Source: Schizochytrium sp. TIO01
Lineage: Eukaryota; Protista; Bigyra: Labyrinthulomycetes
NCBI GenBank assembly: GCA_004764695.1
Contig: SMSO01000036.1
Coordinates: forward strand, 1,550,001 to 1,614,000
Direction of reading: 5' to 3'
DNA: 64,000 bases
A program made the position numbers and the translations under genes. Of this stretch, positions 45,700 to 57,198 are shown in pieces (the stretch's first letter is position 1; each line of letters begins with the position of its first letter). The notes beneath the pieces are model-generated. The model was not told the DNA's origin. It did not search any database and saw nothing but the letters and a program-made list of their open reading frames with translations.

Positions 45700-47961
45700 T
45701 TAGCACGTGTCTTGGGGATTGGGGCGGCTGTTTAAAATTTGGACGTCAGGAAGAGAATGGGGGCTGGTGAAAGTCTTCGCGTTTGCAATCGCATTTAGGT
45801 ATCGAATAGGAAGGTGGGCAGTCAGAAAAGATTCTGAAAACTCTAAGGAATGCAGAAGTTCTCGAGGATCGATTTCTACAGGGTTCATGTTAAACTCATC
45901 AGAATCGAGGAGCCAAACAGTTCCAGCAGAGAACAGTTTGTTTTCCATGGCATCCTTTTCAAGGGTCCTATAAACCTCTCGGATTTCGTCTACAGATAGA
46001 ACAAAACCCTTGGCAGCATACGCATTTATGGCTAACTGGACATCGTGGACAGTAGAGAAACTCAACCGTGAAACAAAGTCATCACCAACAACCACAGCGG
46101 TGACAAATCGACGGGTAAAAGAGCTTTGAGCAAGTTCATGACAGAGACTGCATGGGGAGCCAAAAGCAAAAGCATGCATATCATTTGTACGCGGGCCAAA
46201 AGCTTCTGCTTGAGCCCAGAGTAATGTGAGAAGTGATGCGATACCTGCACCCATCGAATGGCCTGTGACCACAAGCTTGTAGTCAGGGTATTGATCAAGG
46301 GCATCTTGTACTTTGTCGTAAAGACTTACGGCAAGATTTCGTGCGGCGATTAGAAAGCCACGGTGAGCTTTTCCCTTGAAGCCACGCGCGGAGCTGTGTT
46401 CATCATCCTCAGCATCATAGCTAAAGAATGAAGCCGTCTCATCATCTCCATAGTCGTCGTCATCATCAGTGTCTTTATCCCCATCATCCTCTAGAAAAAT
46501 GGAGTGCTGATCAAGACTAGTACAGCTGCGACTGCGATACTGGCTACTGCGGCGTTTGCGAGCAAGCTTGCGACGTTCGCGCACAGTCTTGCTACCGTAG
46601 AGCGGACCATGAGTATCTTCATCCGTTTGGCATGTGAAATTTACCTGCTCGCAGACTAAATCAACGAGCAGATCTGCAATGTGCATTGTGCCGCGAATAA
46701 CCACAACAATATTTTCATGTGCATGGTCTACTGCAATATAATGAGCCGGACTGTACATTGCAACACTTCCGGGTGCCTGAAAGATCACATCATGCTCAGG
46801 CACTCCGGTGAGTGCAGTGATACCTTGAGAAAGAGTCTTTACTGATTTTGAAAGCTCCTGAGGGACTGCACGAAGAAGTCGTAAAAGTTGCGGTCCATAA
46901 GCCGCGGCGCTGAAGCGCATAAATAAGTCCCATCTGTTAACTCTCTTCTGACAGATGAGCGGAATAAAACTAAAGCGGAGATTTTCTTGTCTACGAACAA
47001 TGCGATCTTGCTTTTCTAGGGCCTGAGCTCGAACCATAGCCCGAAATCCTGCCGCAAGAATAAGTGGATTTTGATGTTCCAGCCCAGTACCAAGTCTATA
47101 CAACAAACGCATTACGCAAAGCATAGCTTCCCGATAATGCCCATCTCCGAACATCCAGCGGATCAAGTCACCATACTCACCGCCTCGCAGTGCCAAGCTT
47201 TTGTCTCCATGCTCAAAAATACGCATAATTTTTGCCTCTGAAGTTTGAAGACCTTTGTGGGTCACCTGCTGCACTGAGTGAAGTCCATTGCTGCAGTGCT
47301 GCACTGCAGAAGCAAATTTAGATAGACCTAGAGCATCAAAAGTATATGCATTCAACTCTAATGCTTTCTGCCCCAAACCAAAGAAAAATGAAGTTGTCGT
47401 TGTTGCAAAACCAAACGCTCCTTTGGTGCCAAATCGATATGCCCCTAGAAAGTCACGTAGAACACCCATTGTTGTTGCATTACGTTCGTCTTTTAAACCA
47501 TCAAACAGTTCTTCTTCCTTGACATGTTTGTAGAGGCGAGCTGTGTCGAAGCGCGACTCGCAAGCATCTCCAGGGGAAGCTTCTTCGAATGCTTTTGCGG
47601 TCTCTTTTGCTTTGGCTACTCTCGGCGATTGAGGTGACGACGGCGATGCAGTAGATTCGCCTCCAGGCTGTAGGCTGTCGCCGTTTAAGCTATCCCTTCT
47701 TTGGTATAGATGGCGGCTCCGGTGGTTGCGTTGAAAACTCCTGCCTTCGAGCTCGCCTAGAATATCATCCTGTTCTTCATCACTATTCTCATATTCTCCT
47801 TCGAAATCGTCGCCATCTGTATCAAAGTCCTCATTCCCGTCTGTAAATGATGTCGAGGCCAGCGTCGACGCTGTCGAGAACAGAGTCGGTAAAGACCTTG
47901 ACCTTGCCAGCTTGGAGTTCACTACCAAAGAAGCAGGTCTCGCCTCAGCATGAGGCGGCAT
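45700..47961 (-). CDS. Class 3 lipase, diacylglycerol lipase-like
   Basis: 753 aa. VVVIRGT, KAHRGFLIAA, LVVTGHSMGAG, FAFGSP, GDDFVSRLS, AHLPIRY (Ser-Asp-His triad). Confidence 0.92.
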   Translation of the reverse strand: MPPHAEARPASLVVNSKLARSRSLPTLFSTASTLASTSFTDGNEDFDTDGDDFEGEYENSDEEQDDILGELEGRSFQRNHRSRHLYQRRDSLNGDSLQPGGESTASPSSPQSPRVAKAKETAKAFEEASPGDACESRFDTARLYKHVKEEELFDGLKDERNATTMGVLRDFLGAYRFGTKGAFGFATTTTSFFFGLGQKALELNAYTFDALGLSKFASAVQHCSNGLHSVQQVTHKGLQTSEAKIMRIFEHGDKSLALRGGEYGDLIRWMFGDGHYREAMLCVMRLLYRLGTGLEHQNPLILAAGFRAMVRAQALEKQDRIVRRQENLRFSFIPLICQKRVNRWDLFMRFSAAAYGPQLLRLLRAVPQELSKSVKTLSQGITALTGVPEHDVIFQAPGSVAMYSPAHYIAVDHAHENIVVVIRGTMHIADLLVDLVCEQVNFTCQTDEDTHGPLYGSKTVRERRKLARKRRSSQYRSRSCTSLDQHSIFLEDDGDKDTDDDDDYGDDETASFFSYDAEDDEHSSARGFKGKAHRGFLIAARNLAVSLYDKVQDALDQYPDYKLVVTGHSMGAGIASLLTLLWAQAEAFGPRTNDMHAFAFGSPCSLCHELAQSSFTRRFVTAVVVGDDFVSRLSFSTVHDVQLAINAYAAKGFVLSVDEIREVYRTLEKDAMENKLFSAGTVWLLDSDEFNMNPVEIDPRELLHSLEFSESFLTAHLPIRYLNAIANAKTFTSPHSLPDVQILNSRPNPQDTC

Positions 47962-50900
47962 CTGAAGCTAATGAATTAAGTTTCTAGTTGGCGGTTTACT
48001 TCCCAGTGCCTGATTGATATTTCGAAACTACAGTTGTATCGCTTGCCTAGACTTGATTGCACTGTCGTAGACGTACGTATGCTACTCTCAACGTGTGTAG
48101 TCGCTATTTTTTTTTTGTCTAGCGTTGCAATCGAATCAACGCAAGCCGACAGTACACCTAGAGGTGAGAGCCACGAGAGTATGAACTGTTCGTGGAGCAG
48201 CCGTTTGCGGCCTTTGGCGCGCTAGTCGATCTGCTCAGCTGCTGCCTGACGCTCTTTACTAATTCTCAGGTCCACTTGGTTTTTTATAGCCTGTGTACGA
48301 ATAAGCCAATTTTGTAGATGCTTCAAACGCTGTTAAATATAAGAATTGCAAAACAAACTCACGAACACGCAAAGGTGCATACGAATATTTCCAGGACCCT
48401 CGCAAACCAGTGAAAATCCTTCAAGTAATAACCAGTGCAGCGAGAAGTAGGTTTGACGTTGATTTGAAGAAGAGGCTTTTGATAAGTTAATGTTGTTTTG
48501 CTTGTTTTTTCTCGTTTTTTCTCAAATGATGACGCTATGAATTGCAATAATAAGAAAAGAATAAAAAAATAGACAAAATAGAAAACCAAACTTTTGATCG
48601 ACCAAGCAATCAAAAGGGGCGACAACGAAGAGCCCTCGATCAGTCCAGAGGCCCGTCCACCCTAGACGCGCCAACTCTCAACCGGTTACAACCCAGGAGC
48701 GATTCCACTCGTAACAGTGCGTTTTCCCTTTGCGGGAGCGCGGTCAAAGTAAGGCGGCGTCGCCAGATCACTTCCAAGCAAATGACCGCTTCAACGTGAA
48801 GTTGAGCCTCGCGTGAGGTGATCTAGCACGTTATTAGCTTCTCTGCCTTTGCACAGAGGCTTGTAGAGCAAGTGATGTACGAGCGCCCTGCTCGCTCGTG
48901 TGCTCGTCTACCTGCTTCAGCTGCGCGAGATAAATAGTTGATTGCTGCGTTGAGTACTTCAGTGGGTGCCTGTCTAAACCAAAAATAGAAATGGCTTCTC
49001 GTTCACGCTTTGAAAATAAAATTATGTTTTCCTAAGGTATAATTAATTACTCATATAAAATTTGACAAATTATTTTCTTTCTTTCTAAACAACAATTGTA
49101 GATAGGTACCTAGCGCATTCCTTCAGAGCTCCTCGCTTAAGTTTATTTACCCTTGAGCTGGATATAGCTCTATGCGCATTGTCATCTCTCTGATGCTGGC
49201 GGAGCAGCAGCATTTTGGTGCCTTCGAAAGTGGCGCTCGTCTCGAACATTTCGAATGGCTCTTCAGTTCTGTTGTAGTGGGAGCGAGGCTGGTTTTCTTT
49301 AATAAGAATAATAATTGCCACGTACTACTCATTTACTTTGGAATAAGGCCAAGAAAGCAGAAAGAATGTGCGAAGAAACTTAAAAGAACGATGAAAGCTT
49401 CTTCAAATAGACCGACTCCTAGGGGCACCTAACTAATACTGATAGCACCACTTTGCTTTGACAGAGAGAGTCAACATAGAAGGTTGGAAGAGAAATCGCC
49501 ACAACCACCAAAAGAAACAGTGCTCCCCCCTTATATATGCTTTCGAGGAGAACTGAAAGGAACTGGCTGCGGGGTTTCACTAGCCAGTGGGCAAGGCCAC
49601 TAAACAGAGGAGACCTATTAGGAGAGTATTACTGGCCATCATGGGAGGAATGGCTTGTGATTCCTGCATCGCTGAGGGGTGTTTTGCTGTGCGCACACCT
49701 GGAAGGGACGAGAAAACGCGCTGAACATTGCAATCGCTGTAGAGGAGAAAACTAAGCACTGTGGGGCTGTCGGGCGTTTTGGACCAGAGAGGAAGTGCAA
49801 ATGCGGGACTAGCTTGGAGGGTCTCCGAGCAATGCGGGGGGTTAGCAAAAACGCTAGGAGGTCCCTATGCTATGGGCCTCACAGGAGCTAGTGGGCAGCT
49901 ACGGGAAAGCCTAGGCCCAGGGCTGAAATGGAACAGGAAAGAATCGTAATGCAGGCCTCCTCAAGCTTGGCTTGGCTGTTTCTTCGCCCTTGCAGGACAG
50001 CTTGAGCTCGGGAGCTCTTTCTTCATTCGACCTTCAAGCTCAGTCCCTATCCTGACCCCAGCCAGCTTGGCATCAAGCCGAGCCTGCGAGCACCGACCGA
50101 CCGCCTCGCTCGTGTGTCGTGAAGGTCAGACGCTCCATATGCGATTGCAGCCTTATTCAATTACTTATTTATGTTTATGTTTTTTTTTTTTTTTTTTCAT
50201 GTTGTAAAGAAAAGAAAGAACAAAAAGAAAGAATCTCATTTAAAAAAAATAAAAAATTCAAAGGTGACCGGGTAGGCAGGTGCCTAGGCACTAAGCTAAG
50301 CTGCCTTAAGAGTCCAGAACCGCAGGCTTCAAGATGGAGGTTCGATGGAAACAGCAGAAGATGTAGTACAGTCAGTCTGCCAAACAGCCAGAACTGTGTT
50401 GTTTGGGCGGATGCAAAGAAAGCCGTATCTTTGAGCCCAGGATCACATCTGAGACGATGCAGGAACTAACGTTAGTTTGGGCAGCGGCGAAGTCTGAAGT
50501 CGAGGTTTGAAGAAAGAAGTGTGCGACCAAAGTCGCCTTTGAGCGAGGCCAAGACATCCATCCCTCCCTCCGGGAGCACTTTCTTTCACTCCAAAGTCGA
50601 GGCCAGAAGGGTGCTCTTGGCGCGGTGGCTGGCGAAGCTTGTCAAGAAGAGGCCCTTGGCAGGAAAGGCCTAGCTGCTTAGGCAGTCAGGAAGGCTTGTA
50701 AAGTGGCTGCTCGAGAAACTGTCGCTTGGTTATTGCAGGCAGACGACTTGGAGTGCAATGCATTGTGGGACCAGGCCTTGGTTACTAGCCTGAGACGACG
50801 ATGTGCGCGCCAGAAGGAGAAGGGGGAGAAGCTGCGCCGCCACACGTGACGGACGAATGAATACTGGCGGCAAGGGCGGCGTAGAGTGAAGTGTAGCATC

Positions 50901-52421
50901 CTCTGGGCGCAGGAGACCTTTGGGGAGCATGCTTTGATGCATTGACTTGCTACCTAGCAAGTAACTACGTACGTATGGCAACTAGCCTCAAGAATGGGCT
51001 CACTTCGCTCAAATCTCATTTTCTAATGTTTAGGTGTGAAGACCTTCCTCCTCAGAAGCGGTCTCTTACCTTGTCGAACGGCCCTTTGCTCATGTGGCTG
51101 TGGTTCAAGAGGCCGGTGAATCTTCGCTAGGCGTGTTGAGAAGCGAGATGAAAACACGAGGTAAATTCACTCTTACACAGCACAATCTTCTGCAGCGAAC
51201 ATATTGCAGTAACCAAGATTTTGATCGCCTGAAGAAACCTAATGAGAGGGTAAATGAAAAGTAGCGGAGTGAAATCTATGCAAAGAGACAGAATTCTCAT
51301 ATAGAATGCCGTACGCTACTGCAGCTATTGCCTCGCGTTACCTCAGTGCTTATAAAAGTCGCCCTTTCAGTCTTGAGCAAGGAGGTCAACTGCCTCTATC
51401 CATAGCAATCAAATCGCTTGGTTTATGAAGCAGCACCCTGCACAAGCGTTTAATGCATGTGCACAAACTGAATGCTTACTCCTTCCACAAGCCAAAAACC
51501 ACCGGCCATGTAATAGAGGAGAGGTGAAGTACCTACCTGTCGAATTGATACCAAAATGGGACAAACCTTGTGCAAATTCCGCGGATTGAAATCGAATTGC
51601 ATTAGCATCTGGGCCCAACGCTACGCTCACCAGAGGGAATTCGTATTGCACGGCGGTTTTATTACCCAGTGTCTTCGGGTGCAGTGGCAAATTTTGTTGA
51701 CTTCACACTGAGGTGGGGAAGTACGAATTGTGCATCGTTTGACTTCGAAATCGAGTCCAATAAGATTTTCTCAACTATATCATGAAAGAGTTTTGCAAAA
51801 CTGCTTGTCCCTACAAAGATAGCGTGTTCGTGTACACATCACCAGCTTTAAAGATCAAAAGAAGGCATGCTTAAATCTATAATCTAGTAGGTAGGGATAT
51901 TTACCTGTAGTTCTTTTTTTTTATTAAATTATTTTTTAACTAGCACTAGTACGAGATAGCGTATGTCTAATCCAATACCCATAGCGGGGGAATATTAGGT
52001 ATTTCAACATTAAGCTTAATTATCATAGGCTATCATATGAAGCACAGATCCGTTGTCGAAAAAGGGTTGCTCAAATTGGCGCGGACTTGGGTAGCTTGTT
52101 GTACTATAAGCGCAAGCGCACGGAGGATTTAAAGAAAAGACTCTTAACTACTGCCGGGGGTACTAAGTTTACTCACTGGGCACAGTTATATCTGCTGGAT
52201 AAAACAACCTTGTCATATTCGCATAGCCACGGTTCTCGTGAAGGCAACGGGATGTAAAACGTGAGCCTGTTGATTACAAGTTCGGGAGAAAGCTATATAT
52301 AACGCTGGCAGATGCCAGAAAGGGAGAGTAGTGGCTGACGTAACCTTAAAGTCCATACGTCACACAGGTAATACTGCTGACCATTTCTTGCTGAGCAGTA
52401 GCCAGTCTTTCGAGCTGTAGG

Positions 52422-53657
52422 ATGTCTTCGGGCGGTAGCGCAGATGGAGAGTTAAGCACCTCTGTCAGCGTCAACGATGCTCCAATGGACTGGGAGGCAC
52501 GAGCTAAAGAACTAGAAACCTATGTTATGGAGCTACAAGAGCAGGCAGAAATAGCGAAGCGTACACATGAGAACGAAATTGCAGATCTGAAGGACACCTA
52601 TGGAGTGACAGAACTGGAAAGTCAAACCCGTATCGAAGAACTTGAGCATGAGCTGGACCTCTCCAAAGAAACAGTGCGCAAATTAGAGCTTGAGGAGGCT
52701 GGGTATATTGTCCTCCAAGAGGAGAATGAGCGCCTTAGCAGGCTTCTCATTGATTTGCAAGACCAAATGTCTACGCTAGTAGCTGAGCACACAAACGAAG
52801 CAAACAGCATTAAGCGCGAATCTTTCAATGCGCGTGTGAATTTAGAGCATACATTTCGCAAAACTTTGCAAGAACTTGAAAAGAAGCTACACCAGAGGGC
52901 TTTTGCTGAAATGGATAAAGAAAGCAAGTCTGCGCTTGTGGAAAAAGCCCGTGTGCAAGATGAGCTGGCATTACAAACAATAGGCATCGAAGCTTTGACC
53001 AAGCGATACAATGAGAAATGTGCAATTGTACAAACTCTACGAACTGATAAAACCATTCTACAAGAGCATCAAAGCGCACAAACAAAGCGAATTAGTACTT
53101 TGAAGCAACAACTCGGGAAGTTGGAATCATTGCGGGTTGAACACGAGGAGGCACTCGTTGCAGCGCAGGCGAAAGCAATGGACGCAGACAGTTTGAGGAC
53201 TAGGGTAAAAGAATTAGAGACTCAAGTCTCTCAACAAGTCAATGCTTATGAAGCCGCTCGTACCAAAGCTGAGACCCTCGAGAAAAAGCTGCTGCATACG
53301 AGCGAAAAACTAAAGGCCTTAGAGCTCAGTCGGAAGAAAGGAGGTAAAAAGGTTCTTCCATCGATTGGCCCAAATGATGCATTATTGAAGACTTTGGCTA
53401 GTTTTGGAAAGCCATCTTATTCTACTTTGGAACAAACAAATCGCAGTGTGATGAAGGAAGAAAACGAAACCGACGCTGAGGTGTACCGTGGTGCTCCACG
53501 TGACCTTGGAGGCGGACTCCTTGAACCATCGTCAGTCACTCTAGCTAGCGCAAGCTTGCAAAATAACCATTCAATGCCTTCACTTCGGAAAAGTGAGTAC
53601 ACAGGTATTCTAGAAACATGGAATGCAAAATTTAATCAAAAGCGTCCATACTACTGA
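52422..53657 (+). CDS. Coiled-coil protein, CFAP157/BBOF1-like (putative cilium/basal body protein)
   Basis: 411 aa, almost all heptads; ESFNARVNLEHTFRKTL..RAFAEMDKESKSALVEK resembles the CFAP157/BBOF1 core (by recollection; family call tentative). Confidence 0.75.
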   Translation: MSSGGSADGELSTSVSVNDAPMDWEARAKELETYVMELQEQAEIAKRTHENEIADLKDTYGVTELESQTRIEELEHELDLSKETVRKLELEEAGYIVLQEENERLSRLLIDLQDQMSTLVAEHTNEANSIKRESFNARVNLEHTFRKTLQELEKKLHQRAFAEMDKESKSALVEKARVQDELALQTIGIEALTKRYNEKCAIVQTLRTDKTILQEHQSAQTKRISTLKQQLGKLESLRVEHEEALVAAQAKAMDADSLRTRVKELETQVSQQVNAYEAARTKAETLEKKLLHTSEKLKALELSRKKGGKKVLPSIGPNDALLKTLASFGKPSYSTLEQTNRSVMKEENETDAEVYRGAPRDLGGGLLEPSSVTLASASLQNNHSMPSLRKSEYTGILETWNAKFNQKRPYY

Positions 53658-54143
53658 GTACCTATGATAAAGAATTCCTGTAAAATTAGTGAAATTAAGA
53701 AAATGTGAAGTTGATACGACTAAGTCAGTTGTTGCTGATACCATTTTTTTTTCTTTTCTGTCAAACTATCTAAGATACCCCAGACACGTTTGTCTAAGCT
53801 CTCTATATATCAGACCATTACTCTATGTAAAAATTGTTTGTGGTTTTCATTTTATCTTTATATTTCTATTTTCTAAGTTTTTGTATTTTTAATCTTTTTA
53901 AAGGTTGGAGATAGATCATAACGATTTAGATTTATCATCAAATCAGGTTTTGAATAACAATAGAAAGAAAAATGACAGGACAGGGCAATTCTATGCCGAG
54001 CTCGGAGGACTTCCAGAAAAGAGTTTTCACAGCAGCTGTGAAGTCTTCTTATTTATAATAGCCCTTGCGTACATTTTCCGTATTCCCTAAGGCTTTTGAA
54101 AAAGACAGACGCGAGCATCTGCATGAGTTCACAGGAACGAAAT

Positions 54144-56483
54144 TTACTGGACCATCCGAGTAGAACGTGAACGCGTAGGGTGTGCCGCTGTAGATATTGA
54201 AGTAGAGGAAGACGACGACGATGACGAAGAAGACGCCATGGAAGATACAGAGCCAGAGGGCTGGAGGGTAGAAACTGGCATTCCAGAACCTTGCATTTTA
54301 CGTGCTCTTGTTTGAATACCGTACGATGACGAAGATGTCAAGTGTTTGGCAGGAAGCCCTGTGGATGATGTTTTTGAGGTATATCCTCGAGAGGTTTTAT
54401 ACATTTCTGTCTGACCCATGCTAGACGAATTGTAGGCAGATGTCCGGTTGATTTCTCGCAAGGGAAGGTCGCCATTACCACTATTCGTCCGCTGTTTACG
54501 TAGAATGTTGCGAATGGGGAGCATTGAAGATGATGAAGAAGATGATGATGAGGAGGGAATGTCTTCCTTGCTCTCTTCCTGTACCATACGACGCCGGCGG
54601 CCATCAAACTCATCATATTCGTCTTCAGAACAGGACATGGGAGATGACGGCTCGTCCATTGGTTGCGATCGCGAACGGGAGAGCCCAGACATTGAGTAGG
54701 TACGGTGGACACTAGGCAGCCGTGACATGTCATGCCCAGTAACTGACTTGGACAGTTTGTTGGATGTGGAGAGAATTCGGGATGTAAAACTACGTGATTT
54801 TTTGCGAAGGCGCTGATCGCCCTGCTCAGATTGCTGACTATTGGAACTTGATGAATGCCCGCGGTAAGAGTCATCAATCTCATGAGCATATTGGTTAGAC
54901 ATTTGTGCTTCACGACCAGTTGTTGAGGAATATGATTGGTTGGTTCTGGATTTGCGTGAAGCTGGCATGCTTCGAGACAAGGTTTCTTCGACGTCCATAT
55001 CCATATGGTGATAGTCACGTGCGGCGGCACGCATCTCTTGTGCAGAGTGCGGGCGGCTTACTGCATCATCCTCCACATGCGGAATATATTGTTGCTGATG
55101 AACATGAGCTCGTTCGCCCTCGCCAGTGTTTTGTCTCCTAGGCATCGCGCGTCCTGATTGAGTTGAGACATTCGTGTAAGAGTTGATGTTCTGTCCTGCT
55201 TCTTGCTGTTGAGGGGGGTTTGGTGCTGCGCGTGCAGACATGGTACGGCGTGACGCAGTGGACACTTCCGTGCTTGGATCAGATGATCCGGAGTGAGAAC
55301 CACTTGCTTGCTGATGCTGATGTTGCTGTTTGTGCGCGGTAGCAGCACGAAGCTTTTCTGTGTCAAGAGTAACAGGAGTTCGGGAATGAAGATGGTCACG
55401 CTTGGGTGGTGCGCGAAGCCCGTGTTCCTGAACAAAGTCTGCAACTTCGTCAATGATAATCTCGCGTAATGCCTTTTCATCGAGCTCCTGCTGCTCAAAT
55501 TCAAAATTAAACCTGTCTTCATCAATCTCTGGAACATGAATGGTCTTACCCTTGAGAGGTGCATTATCAAAAAATGGGTGAGCGAGTGCTTCCTTAACGG
55601 TGATACGGCTGGATGCAGAAAATCGAATGCACGATGTCATGAAATCAATGGCATCGTGGCAAGCATGCGGATAAATAGAAGCAAGGTCGACAGGCCCCTT
55701 TTTTGGAAGCGAGCGAAGGAATTGAATTGCCTGAGAGTTCTTAATGTAGGCTGTTTCGCTGGGGTGTGGTGTACCAATTACATCAAAAATGAGCTGTAGC
55801 TGGTGTACAAAGTTCTTCCCAGGGAAGAGGGGAGTACGTCCCAAGAGCTCCGCAAAAATGCAGCCAACCGACCACACGTCGACGGCGGCAGTATATTTGC
55901 CATCAGGGGAAAGCATGAGTTCAGGAGGGCGGTACCAGCGCGTGACTACATGCTCAGTCATTAACGGTTTACTTTCGGTAGCTTCTGGTGCACGGCGAGC
56001 AAGACCAAAATCACTAATACGTAGATCGCAGTTTTTGGAGACTAACAGGTTAGCTGGTTTGAGATCACGGTGGAGAATACCTTTGGAGTGAAGAAAATCG
56101 ATTCCTAGGACGAGCTGATACATAAAGTGCTTGTGATGAGATACACTGAGCTTCTGACTACTTTGAATGATGCGGTGGAGATCAGTGTCCATGCACTCCA
56201 TACCAATGTAAAGCGAGTCTTCCGTCTCTCCGAGCATGAGATCTACAAGGGTAATGATGTTAGGGTGCTGACCACAATGGCGCAAGAGACGAATTTCACG
56301 AAGGGTATGTTTTGCATCATACACACTTTTCGCCATGGGACAGATTTTCTTAATGGCAACCTTGTTTCCAGTCTGGCTATCACGTGTAGAACACACGACT
56401 CCGTATGCTCCTTTGCCGAGCGCCTTGACGAAGGTGTATCGTTCATCGATGTCGAACTTGGTGCCGTATGCGTCGAAAACCAT
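54144..56483 (-). CDS. Mitogen-activated protein kinase with atypical TEH activation loop and long Ser-rich tail
   Basis: 779 aa. LGKGAYGVVC, TLREIRLL, MDTDLHRII, HRDLKPANLL, DFGLAR, MTEHVVTRWYRPPE, LFPGKNFVHQL. Confidence 0.95.
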   Translation of the reverse strand: MVFDAYGTKFDIDERYTFVKALGKGAYGVVCSTRDSQTGNKVAIKKICPMAKSVYDAKHTLREIRLLRHCGQHPNIITLVDLMLGETEDSLYIGMECMDTDLHRIIQSSQKLSVSHHKHFMYQLVLGIDFLHSKGILHRDLKPANLLVSKNCDLRISDFGLARRAPEATESKPLMTEHVVTRWYRPPELMLSPDGKYTAAVDVWSVGCIFAELLGRTPLFPGKNFVHQLQLIFDVIGTPHPSETAYIKNSQAIQFLRSLPKKGPVDLASIYPHACHDAIDFMTSCIRFSASSRITVKEALAHPFFDNAPLKGKTIHVPEIDEDRFNFEFEQQELDEKALREIIIDEVADFVQEHGLRAPPKRDHLHSRTPVTLDTEKLRAATAHKQQHQHQQASGSHSGSSDPSTEVSTASRRTMSARAAPNPPQQQEAGQNINSYTNVSTQSGRAMPRRQNTGEGERAHVHQQQYIPHVEDDAVSRPHSAQEMRAAARDYHHMDMDVEETLSRSMPASRKSRTNQSYSSTTGREAQMSNQYAHEIDDSYRGHSSSSNSQQSEQGDQRLRKKSRSFTSRILSTSNKLSKSVTGHDMSRLPSVHRTYSMSGLSRSRSQPMDEPSSPMSCSEDEYDEFDGRRRRMVQEESKEDIPSSSSSSSSSSMLPIRNILRKQRTNSGNGDLPLREINRTSAYNSSSMGQTEMYKTSRGYTSKTSSTGLPAKHLTSSSSYGIQTRARKMQGSGMPVSTLQPSGSVSSMASSSSSSSSSSTSISTAAHPTRSRSTRMVQ

Positions 56484-56860
56484 GATGCCTGATGAGATGA
56501 TGATGCTAAGCGGTCACTCGTTTTAGAAGTTTGCGTCCCCTTTAAAAATTATATAATGATAAATGTCTTGACCGAACCCAGTCAAGACGTGACAGCACCG
56601 GCTTAAACGAGGCCGTGTGTCCACCCCCACCCACTTCAAGCTCGTATGTGCCACGGCCAACGAGAATATTTTTTTGACCCAGCAATCTCCTCTTCGCGTG
56701 TCTAATCGACGCGGCTAGATAGCTAGACACTGCTTGTCAAACTCCGCAGCGAGCACCCTTAATCGTAAGCACAGCTTGCGGGAGGGCTGTCGCTCCCTAG
56801 TTCGCTGCCGGCACCTTGGGAGGGGTTTGCTGGCCCTTGCTCGATCGCCTGCCGCTCACC

Positions 56861-56887
56861 GCTGCTGTTGCTGCTGCTGCTGCTGCT
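56861..56887. repeat. Imperfect (GCT)n repeat upstream of the MAPK
   Basis: gctgctgttgctgctgctgctgctgct. Confidence 0.85.
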
Positions 56888-57157
56888 TGAATAATGCTAC
56901 TGCTGCTGTTGGTTTGCTCTTTGCTATGTTGCGTGCCAATGGCCAGTTCTAGTCAGCGAGCTTTGCTTCACGCGAGGTCCTTCGCAGCCCCGAGGTGGTT
57001 ACACGCGATGGTTCCACGTGCAATGTGTGCAAAAGAAATGAAACGTTCGGGTCTCCACATGCAACTCAGCGTATCTGCCGCCATCAGAGGGGACAGATGA
57101 TATCAGTCCAAGCGCACTTTCCTTCTTTGCTTTTTGTTGGTTTTCTTTATCTTTCAC

Positions 57158-57198
57158 TTTGTTTGTTTATTTGTTATTTATTTGTTTGTTTGTTTGTT
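57158..57198. repeat. Imperfect (TTTG/TTTA)n repeat
   Basis: tttgtttgtttatttgttatttatttgtttgtttgtttgtt. Confidence 0.75.

Noticed and set aside
48836-48860. GCTTCTCTGCCTTT resembling the U2 snRNA 5' end
   Set aside because: Lacks the GTGTAGTA branch-pairing region and an Sm site.
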